Assembly (NCBI GenBank): GCA_964386535.1
Contig: CAYLRY010000003.1
Span: 39,210 to 103,209 of the forward strand
Source of the DNA: an uncultured Dehalococcoidales bacterium
Lineage (GTDB): Bacteria; Chloroflexota; Dehalococcoidia; Dehalococcoidales; UBA3254
Reading direction: 5' to 3'
Length of the DNA: 64,000 nucleotides
Shown here: positions 48,004-58,603 of the stretch, piece by piece
How the letters are laid out: the number at the start of each line of letters is the position of its first letter
How positions within the stretch are numbered: position 1 is the stretch's first letter
Made by a program: the position numbers and the translations under genes
Notes under the pieces: generated by a model
Databases searched by the model: none
The model's input: only the letters and a program-made list of their open reading frames with translations
Told to the model about the DNA's origin: nothing

Positions 48004-49317
48004 ATGAGCGGTAATCAAAGAACTACCAAGTATGAAACCAGGCCCCTGGAATGCTGGGCTAAAGCCAAAGAGCTCAGGCGGAATTTTGAGAAAGACATAG
48101 GTGATACTGTAAACAAAAAAGAGGAGATTTTTGTATATGGCGGACACCTAGGCTTTGTACCCGGTTTTGACAACATGCGCACTGCCGTTCCATCCCCGCA
48201 GGGGATGATGTGCGAATGGGCTACGCCCAGATACGCTCTAGAGTGCCGGGCTAAAGCTGAAATGATGGGACACGGCCGTGAAATCTGCGGCTATCATCTG
48301 AACGTTTTCGGCGAGATTTATTTTAACCGCCATTATCTGGGAGGGCCGACCCCCAAGCCATTATTGATTTCGCCTGCGCCGGCAGTATGCGACCACCACC
48401 AGTATCCGTACAAGACTATTGCTAACTATTTCAAATGCGCCTACGTGCAGGCCTCTTGCCCGAGATATGTGGGTCCTATTGACCCTGCCAGAGAAAAAGC
48501 CATGCGCGAAACCGTTATCCAGGAAAGGCTGGATATCCTGGAACAGGTAAAACATGTTCTAGGAAGAAAATTCAATGAAGAGAACTATGTTGAAAGCGTC
48601 AAGCGCGGCTATCGCGTTCAGGCCTTAAGGGATCAGGCAGGCATGCAGCAGATGAACATTCCCGCGCCTTTAAGCTGTAAGGACATGTACTCCTTTATGA
48701 CGCTTGGCGGGATGCAGGCCACTGACCCGGAAGAAACTCTGGCTTTCTGGAGAATGCTTAACGATGAACTTGAGTGGAGGGTAAAAAATAAAATTGCGGC
48801 CGTGGGCAACGAAAGGTACCGCTGGGTGGAGGAGCATCCACCGCCATGGCGTTTCTTAAGATATTACCGCTATATGGAAAAATATGGCGCTGTGTGCGTC
48901 GGCACGGTTTACGCGGGTCTGCCCAAGCTGAAACAGCAACCTGATGGCACCTGGGTCCGCAAAAAGAATCCCCTGGAACTGGGGGTACCGATGAATACGG
49001 TGGAAGAATGCATCCGGGCTGATGTAGAGTCGCAGGAATTCGGAAATTTTGATGATAGACAAATGGGCCTGGGAGGCACGCTGGATATTGCCAAAGCCTA
49101 TAAAGCAGACGGGGCATTCCTATCGCTCTGGCGCAGTGCAGTAGGCTGTGCTCAGGCCAGGCGTGAAAACGGGCTGCTGTTGGAAAAAGAAGGAATAAAG
49201 GTACTGTACTATGAAGGCTCACAACCGGGCAATCAAATTGACCTGGATGAAATGCATATGCTTGACCAACTGGATGTCTTTATGGAGACCCAGGGATTAA
49301 GAAAGCTGGAAGATTAA
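48004..49317 (+). CDS. bzdO: Class I benzoyl-CoA reductase subunit (BzdO/BcrB-like)
   Basis: YET.PLECWAKAKELR, GREICGY, IPAPLS.KDMYS, NERYRW....PPPW, GSQPG. Confidence 0.75.
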   Translation: MSGNQRTTKYETRPLECWAKAKELRRNFEKDIGDTVNKKEEIFVYGGHLGFVPGFDNMRTAVPSPQGMMCEWATPRYALECRAKAEMMGHGREICGYHLNVFGEIYFNRHYLGGPTPKPLLISPAPAVCDHHQYPYKTIANYFKCAYVQASCPRYVGPIDPAREKAMRETVIQERLDILEQVKHVLGRKFNEENYVESVKRGYRVQALRDQAGMQQMNIPAPLSCKDMYSFMTLGGMQATDPEETLAFWRMLNDELEWRVKNKIAAVGNERYRWVEEHPPPWRFLRYYRYMEKYGAVCVGTVYAGLPKLKQQPDGTWVRKKNPLELGVPMNTVEECIRADVESQEFGNFDDRQMGLGGTLDIAKAYKADGAFLSLWRSAVGCAQARRENGLLLEKEGIKVLYYEGSQPGNQIDLDEMHMLDQLDVFMETQGLRKLED

Positions 49318-49327
49318 GGAGAATAAT

Positions 49328-50098
49328 ATGATCACAGCCGGCATTGATGTAGGCATTGAAAATACCAGGGTAGTGATCCTTAAGGACAGCCAGGTTCTGG
49401 CCCGCAAACAGGCGCCCTCAGGCGGTGCGGGACGGGCTGCAACAGTCGAACAGGTCTGGCAAGAGGCGCTGAAAGAAGCCGGAATTCAGGCCTCTGATGT
49501 CAGCCAGGTCATCGCCACCGGGCAGGGAAAGTACGATGTTAAGTTTGCCAGCTACTCTATTGTAGAGCCTCTGGCTGATGCCAGGGCAGCCGCCTGGTTA
49601 TACCCTTCGGCCAGGTCGGTTGTTGATATCGGATGCGACCAGGCACGAGCCATGAATTTTGAGTCCGGTGGTAAAATCACCGGTACCGTCTTAAATCAGA
49701 AATGCGCCGCCGGCATCGGTATGTATCTTACCTCACTGGCCCGTATGCTGGGAATGACGCTGGAGGAGATGAGCCTGATATCAGGTAAACCACCGGATAA
49801 ATTGACTATCAACGAACGCTGCTGCTGCTTTGCCGAAATAGATACCCATTCCCTGCTCCTGAATGACACTCCCAGGAAAGACGTTATTCAGGCCACGTTT
49901 GAGGCTGCTGCCTCCAGGATCAACTCTATGCTGAACGAGAAAATTACACTCGAGAAAGACGTAGTGCTGGTCGGCGGCGTAGCCAGGAACAACGGGGTGG
50001 TAGAAGCTTTGAAAAGACATTCCGGTATCAATTTTTTAATTCCGGAACAACCGGAGTTTACCGGCGCCCTGGGTGCAGCCATCATTGCTGCTGGTTAA
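49328..50098 (+). CDS. bzdP: Benzoyl-CoA reductase activator subunit (BzdP/BcrD-like ASKHA ATPase)
   Basis: AGIDVG, ATGQGK, DIG.DQ.R, NQKCAAG, VGGVARN, ALGAA. Confidence 0.72.
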   Translation: MITAGIDVGIENTRVVILKDSQVLARKQAPSGGAGRAATVEQVWQEALKEAGIQASDVSQVIATGQGKYDVKFASYSIVEPLADARAAAWLYPSARSVVDIGCDQARAMNFESGGKITGTVLNQKCAAGIGMYLTSLARMLGMTLEEMSLISGKPPDKLTINERCCCFAEIDTHSLLLNDTPRKDVIQATFEAAASRINSMLNEKITLEKDVVLVGGVARNNGVVEALKRHSGINFLIPEQPEFTGALGAAIIAAG

Positions 50099-50169
50099 AA
50101 CCCGGAAATCATATTATGTTAAAAAGAACCCCTCTATAACTGAATCTGCAAATGAATGAGGTGGATGAA

Positions 50170-51036
50170 ATGACTGGACAATATGGAAAATGGCCTGAGA
50201 CCAGATGGACATCGGCGCATATCGACCCTGAAAAAGCTAAAACCATCGTAGCCGGAGTGGATGTAGGCGTCGTCAGCACTCAGGCAGTTGTTATGTGCGA
50301 CGATCAGCTTTATTCATATGCCAACTTGAGAACCTGGCCGGACGGCTTTGGCGATAGCGCTGTGAAAGCTATGGAGCAGGCTCTACAGAATACCGGTTTG
50401 AAATCAAAAGATGTCCGCTATACCGTGGCAACCGGTTACGGGAAGAAAAAGGCTAAATTCGCTCAAAAGACTGTAAACGAAGTCGCTTGCCACGGCCTGG
50501 GCGCCCGCTATATGTATGGGAACACCGTCAGGACTGTTCTGGATATGGGCGGCGAGACCTGCAAGGCGATCAGGCTTAATGAGTGGGGTAAAGTTTTTGA
50601 TTTCGCAGTTAATGACAAATGCTCCACCGGCTTTGGAGAAGCCATAGAAAATTTTGCAGAGCTCGCCCAGGTACCCATACAGGAAATGGGTGAAAGGTCA
50701 CTTACCGTTAAAGAGGAACCAGAGCTGCCAGTAAGCACCACCTGTCGCATCTTTGCTAACACAGAAGCCATTGGATTGCTGCGCGGCGGTATACAGGAAA
50801 ACGAGATGTTAGCTACCTACTTATTTACTATTGCCTGGCGGCTTTTTACTCTGGCCGGGCAGATAAACCCGAAAGAAGGCCTGGCTCTGACCGGCGGGCT
50901 GGCCAAGAATCAGGGAGTGGTCAAACGACTGGAGACAGCGCTGAAGATGAAGGCGCTGTCTACCACCTATGACCCTCAACTGGCCGGGGCTATCGGTGCC
51001 GCTGTCTTTGCCGGAATGCTGGCGAAAAAAGAATAG
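50170..51036 (+). CDS. bzdQ: Benzoyl-CoA reductase activator subunit (BzdQ/BcrA-like ASKHA ATPase)
   Basis: WPETRW N-terminus, AGVDVG, ATGYG, NEVACH, DMGGETCK, NDKCSTG, TGGLAKN. Confidence 0.75.
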   Translation: MTGQYGKWPETRWTSAHIDPEKAKTIVAGVDVGVVSTQAVVMCDDQLYSYANLRTWPDGFGDSAVKAMEQALQNTGLKSKDVRYTVATGYGKKKAKFAQKTVNEVACHGLGARYMYGNTVRTVLDMGGETCKAIRLNEWGKVFDFAVNDKCSTGFGEAIENFAELAQVPIQEMGERSLTVKEEPELPVSTTCRIFANTEAIGLLRGGIQENEMLATYLFTIAWRLFTLAGQINPKEGLALTGGLAKNQGVVKRLETALKMKALSTTYDPQLAGAIGAAVFAGMLAKKE

Positions 51037-51038
51037 TA

Positions 51039-52355
51039 TTACCGGTCTTCCAGTAGCTCAAAAAAGCGTACTATATTTTCACGCATCTCATCGGCAGAGA
51101 CCACGGTGGGGTCGGTAATATCACACGGTAGGTCGAGCACGGGAATTCCAGCCTCCATTAAAGCATCCCGCACCAGGCGACTGGCTCCCCCAAATGAACC
51201 ACATCCAATATGGGCAAAATTAATTGCTCCATCCACCTTATATTCGTTGACATACAGCTTGAGATTATCCAGCATGGCTTGATCAATAGGTCCGCAAATG
51301 CCCATCAAAGGGTTCATAAAGCTCTTTTTTGCCAAACTGAACAACGCCTCTGAAGCCTCCAGAATGCCTGGTTGCCAGTCCAGAAAAAAGGGATTGACCA
51401 CCTCTATTGCTGCATATTCCTGGAATATATCCTTCAGAGTACCAATATAATACAGGGGTGGGAGGTTCAAGTTAATCAGGCGGAACCTCTCAAATGGCTC
51501 TTTTCCCGTAGCCCGGTGTATTTTAGTAACCAGTTCATTACGAAGATTTTTAAGATAAATGGTGGCGTCAGCCTGACCACCTAATAGAAGATTGATCATA
51601 AACACCCGGATAAAGGTAAACGAAGTGAAAGGTGAGGGGACATTTTTCCTTAGCTTGGATATTTCCCGGCACAGTTCAATTTGCTCGTTGGACCGGGTTA
51701 TTGCTTGCGACAAACGGTGATAGTCCATCTTGTGCCCGGACTGTTCTTCTAAAAAGGATATCAATTTCTTATATTCTTCTACCAGATATTCTTTTTCTCC
51801 GGGATCACCATTATAGGGATGGTCCAAGAAGAAAGCAGGACAATCATTTATCTTGGCTAAAAGAGCGCCGCTTTTAGCGCCATTCTCACAGGGTATATTG
51901 GTCCACAGCACAGCATCAGGCCGCGGGAGTAATCCTCTGGTAAAAGCTCCAGTCATCAGCCGGTGAACAGAACAAATTTCCGTGGCCAGCCCGGCTTCAC
52001 TGGCTGCTGTGAGTAATTGAGAAGTATCTCCTGTGAGCATGGCTAATAGCCATCCGGTAGCCTCAAGCTGGAAGGGCACGATATCCATTGCATAAAATAT
52101 TTCCACCGGACAGCCCAGAGAATAGGCAGCAACAAAACGATTTTTCTTACTGGCTCTCAACACTTTGGCATAATAGTCCACCGCCAGGCTCAGATAAAGT
52201 CTATCACTTCTTGGGACTTTAGGATTAAGTAAATTTATCTTCGCCGCCAGGCGGTAAGCTCGAAAAAGCGCTTCTACTTTACCTAAACCACTGGTTTCGG
52301 TTGCGGAGTTCTTAATTATCGCTTCAGATACTATTTTAGAAAGATCAATCTTCAA
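51039..52355 (-). CDS. 2-hydroxyacyl-CoA dehydratase/Bcr family subunit (orphan)
   Basis: PVEIFYAMD, EICS.H, PCENG, VDGAINF...GC, LDLPCD..DP. Confidence 0.8.
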   Translation of the reverse strand: MKIDLSKIVSEAIIKNSATETSGLGKVEALFRAYRLAAKINLLNPKVPRSDRLYLSLAVDYYAKVLRASKKNRFVAAYSLGCPVEIFYAMDIVPFQLEATGWLLAMLTGDTSQLLTAASEAGLATEICSVHRLMTGAFTRGLLPRPDAVLWTNIPCENGAKSGALLAKINDCPAFFLDHPYNGDPGEKEYLVEEYKKLISFLEEQSGHKMDYHRLSQAITRSNEQIELCREISKLRKNVPSPFTSFTFIRVFMINLLLGGQADATIYLKNLRNELVTKIHRATGKEPFERFRLINLNLPPLYYIGTLKDIFQEYAAIEVVNPFFLDWQPGILEASEALFSLAKKSFMNPLMGICGPIDQAMLDNLKLYVNEYKVDGAINFAHIGCGSFGGASRLVRDALMEAGIPVLDLPCDITDPTVVSADEMRENIVRFFELLEDR

Positions 52356-52432
52356 AGAATGTGCTTAATCTTCATCTGTTAATTGTTGTGAAACAGGCCA
52401 GACGCGTTTGTCCGGCTAGTTGATTAACCTGA

Positions 52433-53518
52433 TTATTTTACCAGACCGCATTTGCACATTACGCCCACCTGGGCAGCTTCGGGCACCGGGCTGCGGACAT
52501 ATTCCACAGGCCTTACCAGTTCATAATACATGGCTCTCTGCTTACACCCTACTATGCAAACACCGCAGCCCATGCATTTTTCGGCAATGATGGAGGCCTT
52601 CAGTTTCTTTGAACCAGCCACCTTCTTCATCTCAATGGCCTCAAACGGACATCTCTCCAGGCAGTCCTGGCAGCCGATACATTCTTCTTCTCTGACGGCA
52701 GCCTGGTAGCGGCTGCGTCCCAGCAGGTCAAAACGGTTAGCTTTTTTCAGCGAAAAGAGGATTTCACAGCTACAGGTACAGCAGAAGCAAGCCCCGGTGT
52801 TAACCAGGCCGGCCTCTTCATTCCTGCGCACTACATCCAGGGCTTCATTCAGTGAGATTTCCCGGATGCCGGTCCTGCCGGGCTGGCCAAGCAGATTGAC
52901 TGCGCCGTGTCCCTGCAAAGGAGCAAAACAGGCTTCTACCGGATGATCGCACCTGGCCCAGTTTTTACGGCAACCGCAGCGGCCGACGATTATTCGCTTT
53001 GTTTTCTGGAGCTTCAATCTGAAGTTTTCCTCGGGTAAAATATCCTCTGGTTTGATATTGGGGCTGAGGTCGAGGGCGATCAAAGACGGCCAGACCCGGA
53101 ATACCGGCCTGCCGGTAACCTGTTGCCTTTTAATATATCCCTGAACGATAAGATCGCTCCATTCATTGAAAAAGAAGTCGCCCCACGCCTTCTTGATCTT
53201 CTCCGGAGTCGGCTCCAGCCCAACCCCTCCTACAGTATGGTGATGAAAGGCAGTGATGTTTGAGTGAAAGCAGTACTGGGTCTGACCTTTTTTAATGACA
53301 TCCCGGGCGGTAAGGTTCTCCAGTATGGAAAAAACCTGCTTCTCATCTGCGCCCATCCGGATGGCTACCTCCTGGCAGGTAATGGGGTCGAACAGCTCTT
53401 TAACCACCTCCCCTTCCTCCGGGGAAAAATAGGCTTCCAGTATGTTGATCACCCGCCTGGTTGGCGGAACACCCAGTTTTTGCGCTATTTCGGAATAAAC
53501 CTCATTTCCTGCTGCCAT
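52433..53518 (-). CDS. Fe-S protein with helical N-terminal domain and C-terminal 2x[4Fe-4S] domain
   Basis: CGCR...CDHP..AC, CFCCTCSC, CIGCQDCLERCP, CMGCGVCIVGC; AGGAG before ATG 53518. Confidence 0.8.
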   Translation of the reverse strand: MAAGNEVYSEIAQKLGVPPTRRVINILEAYFSPEEGEVVKELFDPITCQEVAIRMGADEKQVFSILENLTARDVIKKGQTQYCFHSNITAFHHHTVGGVGLEPTPEKIKKAWGDFFFNEWSDLIVQGYIKRQQVTGRPVFRVWPSLIALDLSPNIKPEDILPEENFRLKLQKTKRIIVGRCGCRKNWARCDHPVEACFAPLQGHGAVNLLGQPGRTGIREISLNEALDVVRRNEEAGLVNTGACFCCTCSCEILFSLKKANRFDLLGRSRYQAAVREEECIGCQDCLERCPFEAIEMKKVAGSKKLKASIIAEKCMGCGVCIVGCKQRAMYYELVRPVEYVRSPVPEAAQVGVMCKCGLVK

Positions 53519-53633
53519 CCTTTTTCTCCTTATATTCATTTCTCATCAAAATTTAATTGGCAATCTGACAATCAATCCCTATCATATATGGGGCGTTTAT
53601 TTATGTCAATGAACTCTGGCTGACCTCTAAGGC

Positions 53634-56321
53634 TTATTTTCCCCAGGAAAAAAGCCTGGGGAAAAATTGTTTACGCATTTCTTCCAGCATGAATAGAATC
53701 AGCCCAGCCCCAATTACAATTCCCCATTCCCTCATTCCTATGGGCGCTGTGTGGAAAGCTGTCTGGAGAAAAGGCACATAGACCAGGGCTACCTGCAATA
53801 GGGCTACCAAAGTTATCGAAGATACCAGGATCTTGTTTTTAAAGAACCCTATACGAAATACGGAATATTCATCGGAACGGGCACTAAAAGCCATGATCCA
53901 GATGAAGGTATTTAATGCACAAAAAGTCATCGTCTCCGCTGCCTCAATACTCATGCGCGGCTCCGCCCAGCGAAAGATTAATAATGAACCCACGCCGATA
54001 AAAAGAGCTATCACCAGAATTCTCAACAGTAAACCTGGATAAATCAGACCCGAACCGGGACGGCGGGGAGGCCTGGTTAATTCATCCCCCGCTTTGGGCT
54101 CAAATCCCAAAGGAATATCGCCGGCTGTATCGGTAGCCAGATTAACCCATAAGATCTGGACCGCTACCAGGGGAGATTGGCCCATGAACAGAACACTTAA
54201 TATCAGAACCATTAACTCTCCAATATTGGTGCTCAACATGTAAAAAAGTACATTTCTGAGCCTGTTAAAAATAGCTCGGCCTTCATCCACAGCCGCCACC
54301 ACTGAAGCAAAGTTATCATCCGCCAGTACCATATTGCTGGCTTCTTTAGCCACATCTGTGCCCGTAACACCCATAGCAATCCCGATATCGGCAGCCTTTA
54401 GTGCCGGGGCGTCATTAACCCCATCTCCCGTCATGGCTACCACATGTCCCAGGCTTTTAAAGGCCTTGACTATTCTTAATTTATGTAAAGGCTCGATGCG
54501 TGCAAAAACCGATATTCCTTCTATAGACGCGGTCAATTCCATATCACTCATTTGACCCAGCTCTGCTCCGGTAACTGATTTCCCGGGAGGCAAATCTAAC
54601 TGGCGCGCAATCGATTCAGCGGTTACTTTATTATCACCGGTTATCATAACCACTTTAATGCCGGCCTGCTTACATTGCCTGACAGCGGTCCTGGCTTCTT
54701 CACGGGGAGGATCTTCCATGCCCGCTAATCCGGCAAAAACCAGTCCCTTACTGAACAGCTTTTCATCCAGTTTTAATGTTCCAGAAGGCAATTCCAGGTA
54801 AGCTAAAGCGATCACCCGTAAAGCATCACGGGCCATTTCATTTGAGGCTGATATTATTTTGGGGGTATCAGAGGGCTGCAAAGCGACCCATTGACCGCCG
54901 GCTGACCGGTACTTGCTGAATCCCAGAATTTTCTCCACAGATCCTTTGATATAAGCCATGGATTTCCCATTTTCAGCATGTAGAGTGGCCATGTACTGTT
55001 TTTCGCTTTCAAAAGGTATCTCATCTAACCTGGGAAAAGTTTTTTCCAGATTTTCTTTATCCAAATTGGCCTTGGCGGCTGCAACTACAAGTGCGCCATC
55101 TGTGGGATCACCTATCACACTATGTTGCCCTTTAGAGGAAATTAACCGGGAATCGTTGCAGAGAGCCCCAATCTTTAAGAGCAGGTGCGTCCGCTCAATT
55201 TCCTCAGGTATTAGTTGGGCGTCATCTTTTCTGAACTGACCCCTGGGTTCATATCCCTCCCCGGTAACCTGAATAAAGTGGTCTCCGTCAAAAAGCCGGC
55301 GCACGGTCATCTGGTTCATCGTCAAGGTACCAGTTTTATCGGAACAGATAACGGTGGCCGAACCCAGTGTCTCTACTGCCAGCAGTTTTCTTACAATAGC
55401 GTTACGGCGTGCCATAGCCCGCATGCCGATAGATAGCACCACAGTTAAAACCGCAGGCAGACCTTCCGGTATGGCAGATACAGCCGCAGCTATGGTCACT
55501 AAGAAAATGTCCATCCAGGCCATACCCTTTATAAGACCCATGAGCAACAGTAACGCCACAGCACCCAGGAAAATAAATACCAGGTAGCGGCTTATCTGGT
55601 TAACATTTTTTTGCAGCGGAGTAGATTCCGGTTTAACTTCCTTAAGACCAGTGGCTATCTTACCCATCTCAGTAGCCATACCGGTTTTTACCACCACGGC
55701 GGTGGCCCTGCCGTTGGTTACCACAGTTCCCATGAAAGCCATATTCAGGCGGTCCGCCACCAGAGCGTCAGCGGTTACCTCTGAGATCTGTTTTTCCACC
55801 GGCATGGACTCTCCGGTAAGTGTAGACTCATTTATTTTCAAGTTGGAAACCTCAAAAAGCCTGGCATCAGCGGGAATCCTGTCTCCGGCTTCCAGTTGAA
55901 TAATATCTCCCGGTACCAGTTCCCTGGCAGCTTTCATTACCAGGTTATTATCTCGCTTAACCTTGGCTTTAGGTGAAGCCAGTTCCAGCAAAGCACGCAT
56001 GGACTTTTCAGCCTGGGTTTCCTGAAAATAACCTATTACGGCATTAAGGATGAGAATACCTAACACTACGAAACCATCTGTGATATGTCCAACTATAAAA
56101 GAGACCGCTGCGGCGATAACCAGCACATAAATCAAGGGGCTCCTGAACTGGTTCAAAAAAACTATGACAGATGAGGCTTTCTTTTTTGTCTCCAGTTCAT
56201 TTTGACCGTACTTGAGAAGCCTTTTCCCAGCTTCATCTTCACTTAACCCGGAAGGGCTGGAATCCAGCCCCTTTAAAACTGCGTCTACAGGCAGACCATG
56301 CCAATTTTCCATATCAGTCAT
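53634..56321 (-). CDS. P-type cation-transporting ATPase (type II, Ca2+-like)
   Basis: TGES, IPEGLP, DKTGT phosphorylation site, KGSVE, MITGD, TGDGVND. Confidence 0.95.
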   Translation of the reverse strand: MTDMENWHGLPVDAVLKGLDSSPSGLSEDEAGKRLLKYGQNELETKKKASSVIVFLNQFRSPLIYVLVIAAAVSFIVGHITDGFVVLGILILNAVIGYFQETQAEKSMRALLELASPKAKVKRDNNLVMKAARELVPGDIIQLEAGDRIPADARLFEVSNLKINESTLTGESMPVEKQISEVTADALVADRLNMAFMGTVVTNGRATAVVVKTGMATEMGKIATGLKEVKPESTPLQKNVNQISRYLVFIFLGAVALLLLMGLIKGMAWMDIFLVTIAAAVSAIPEGLPAVLTVVLSIGMRAMARRNAIVRKLLAVETLGSATVICSDKTGTLTMNQMTVRRLFDGDHFIQVTGEGYEPRGQFRKDDAQLIPEEIERTHLLLKIGALCNDSRLISSKGQHSVIGDPTDGALVVAAAKANLDKENLEKTFPRLDEIPFESEKQYMATLHAENGKSMAYIKGSVEKILGFSKYRSAGGQWVALQPSDTPKIISASNEMARDALRVIALAYLELPSGTLKLDEKLFSKGLVFAGLAGMEDPPREEARTAVRQCKQAGIKVVMITGDNKVTAESIARQLDLPPGKSVTGAELGQMSDMELTASIEGISVFARIEPLHKLRIVKAFKSLGHVVAMTGDGVNDAPALKAADIGIAMGVTGTDVAKEASNMVLADDNFASVVAAVDEGRAIFNRLRNVLFYMLSTNIGELMVLILSVLFMGQSPLVAVQILWVNLATDTAGDIPLGFEPKAGDELTRPPRRPGSGLIYPGLLLRILVIALFIGVGSLLIFRWAEPRMSIEAAETMTFCALNTFIWIMAFSARSDEYSVFRIGFFKNKILVSSITLVALLQVALVYVPFLQTAFHTAPIGMREWGIVIGAGLILFMLEEMRKQFFPRLFSWGK

Positions 56322-56763
56322 TCCTTTAAACTTCAGGCCGGTAACCAGTAGCTGGATATCCGAACCTGTTCTTCAAGTAACATATTACCATGGAATCATT
56401 CCCTCTGATCAGTAAGCTGGCGGTTCATTTGTCTGGGTACTGAACCCGATGTGGTATTTTACACGGCACTCTATTAGCCAGAATCACCTTTCCCGGATGT
56501 GAGGGGCAGGTTCACCTGCCCGTTTTTATACACCGAAGTGAACGGTAAAAGAAATGAAGTTGAGGAAAAAGCCAGAGTAGAGGAACGGCTCATGTTCCGC
56601 CAAAAATACCATAAATAAGCATGCTTTTTCTGTACAACTTTATCGAAAACACTCAGGCTCGCTTAGCCTTACCAGATGGTGATTTGGGGAATGACTCAGA
56701 ATGCCAGCCGAATTGGGCAAATTCCACTTCAATCAAAAGACCCTGGATAATTTTTAATATATG

Positions 56764-57654
56764 TTATGGCAGGCCTTTCCTTACCGTAACCTCTTTCCCG
56801 ATGTTAATTACCATCAGGTCCTCGCCCACCTCCAGCGGGCCCGAATAAGTCTTACGAGCAGGTGAGATCACATCACTGGCTGTGGCGTTTACCGGGATAA
56901 TATGGGTAAAGACCCCCAGCCTGGGGCTGATCCGTGAAAATAATTCTCCCGCCTGTTCGGCGGTGGTATGATGGGCAACCACCCTATCCATGGCTTCCGG
57001 GTTTATTGAAGATCGGGACTTTACCAGGCCTGCCACCAGGACTTCATGTATAACCACGTCCGCGCCGCGAGCCCGCGAAATGAGCGGCTCTGAATAACGT
57101 GTATCACCGGAGAGTACCACAGAGCGCCCTTGATAATCGATACGGTATCCGAAGGAAGGCTGAATGGGGAAATGGTCCACCAGAAAAGCGGTGACTCTTA
57201 CCCCATTATGCTCGTAAACTATACCCTCTTCTATATCCTCCGCTAAAACAACGACCCCCTGAGGAGGAAGACGGTCATCATAAAGACGGATGCGGATATC
57301 ATAATCAAAAGCCCTGTCCAGATACGACATCATTTCACGAGTCCCCCGGGGTCCCCGGACGTGCAGAGGCGAATCAGGCCGCCCGTTCAACCACCCGGTC
57401 AACCACAGATCTGGCAGCCCTACTGTATGATCTGAATGTAGATGTGTCAGGAAAATTTGACGTACATGTTTTACAGGAGGCTGGAGTTGATTAAGCCGTT
57501 GCAGTGCTCCGCGGCCGGCATCAAATAATAAGGTTTCTCCGCCTGCCTCAACCAGAGTACTGGGACCGAACCGGTTCATTACCGGTGTGGGAGCCCCTGT
57601 CCCCAGTAGCGTTACCCTGATTTCAGCCTCGTTGCTGATAACATTGTTTTCCAC
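56764..57654 (-). CDS. Metallo-beta-lactamase-fold hydrolase (RNase Z/arylsulfatase-like)
   Basis: LLGTG.P, THLHSDHTVG, VDH, SGDT, HEV, HHT, FTH. Confidence 0.85.
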   Translation of the reverse strand: MENNVISNEAEIRVTLLGTGAPTPVMNRFGPSTLVEAGGETLLFDAGRGALQRLNQLQPPVKHVRQIFLTHLHSDHTVGLPDLWLTGWLNGRPDSPLHVRGPRGTREMMSYLDRAFDYDIRIRLYDDRLPPQGVVVLAEDIEEGIVYEHNGVRVTAFLVDHFPIQPSFGYRIDYQGRSVVLSGDTRYSEPLISRARGADVVIHEVLVAGLVKSRSSINPEAMDRVVAHHTTAEQAGELFSRISPRLGVFTHIIPVNATASDVISPARKTYSGPLEVGEDLMVINIGKEVTVRKGLP

Positions 57655-57793
57655 CTTACCGCTCCTTTTTTGTTTTCATTCAGGTCCGAAAACCGGAATT
57701 TGTGTATATACTGCTCAGGATATAAATTTATCAGACACCCTGATATTATTAAGATTATATTTATATTATTATTCTGGGAAAAGCTAAGATTAA

Positions 57794-58555
57794 TTACCAG
57801 ATACCCGGGATGAGGACTTTACGCTCAACCGGATAGTCCGGGAAATGCTCTAAATACCATTTCTGATGAGAACGGGCTCGTGGTATCAGGTTAGCTGCTG
57901 TCCAGACGGCAAAAGCTGCGCCAGCCGGAGACCAGGTCATGATAGCCCATCCTGCCCAAATTACTATTTCGCCAAAATAATTGGGGCATGAAACCCAGCG
58001 AAAAAAACCACCATAAGGTATTTTATAGGCAGTTTCACCAACCTGACGCAGGCTGCGCAGTATCAAATCCGAGTAACGGTTGATCACAAAACCTGTGGCA
58101 AAAAGAATCAGTCCGGTGATAAACCTGGGATCTTTTATCCAAGAGTTTTCATAACCCCCAGAAAAATTGAAAAGATACCGGCTGTTAATGTAAGCATTGG
58201 CGCCGTTGAACACCAGCCCCATAATTATGACCGTTAATGTCATCCTGGGAGCGCTGCTGCGAATGGTAAACGGGAAGATAAAAGCCCGATGTATGTAATG
58301 GAGTTCCCATAAAATCAGGAAAACCAGTGAAATCCCGCTTTTGTTATATGGCCCGGTTACGTAAAAGGCCAGGAATACAAGCGGTGCTGCGGATTCCATA
58401 ATGATCCAGCTCAACCTGTCGTTTATCGCCGGACCCCAACCCCGGCGAACATGGCGGCCGTAAGGCGCCGAGTAAAAGAATAAAGCGACAAAGACTACGG
58501 CTGCCAGTGAGAACCAGATAATTATCAGGAGGTTATAGATTCTGATTTCATTCAT
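57794..58555 (-). CDS. Steroid 5-alpha-reductase-like (SRD5A/DUF1295) membrane enoyl reductase
   Basis: APYGRH, WIIMES, HYIHR, YKIPYGGFFRWVSCPNYFGE..W.G, NLIPRARSHQKWY. Confidence 0.88.
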   Translation of the reverse strand: MNEIRIYNLLIIIWFSLAAVVFVALFFYSAPYGRHVRRGWGPAINDRLSWIIMESAAPLVFLAFYVTGPYNKSGISLVFLILWELHYIHRAFIFPFTIRSSAPRMTLTVIIMGLVFNGANAYINSRYLFNFSGGYENSWIKDPRFITGLILFATGFVINRYSDLILRSLRQVGETAYKIPYGGFFRWVSCPNYFGEIVIWAGWAIMTWSPAGAAFAVWTAANLIPRARSHQKWYLEHFPDYPVERKVLIPGIW

Positions 58556-58603
58556 AGAAGAACATAATTTCCGGCAGCCCCCCAGTGCTGCCGGAAATTC
58601 AGG

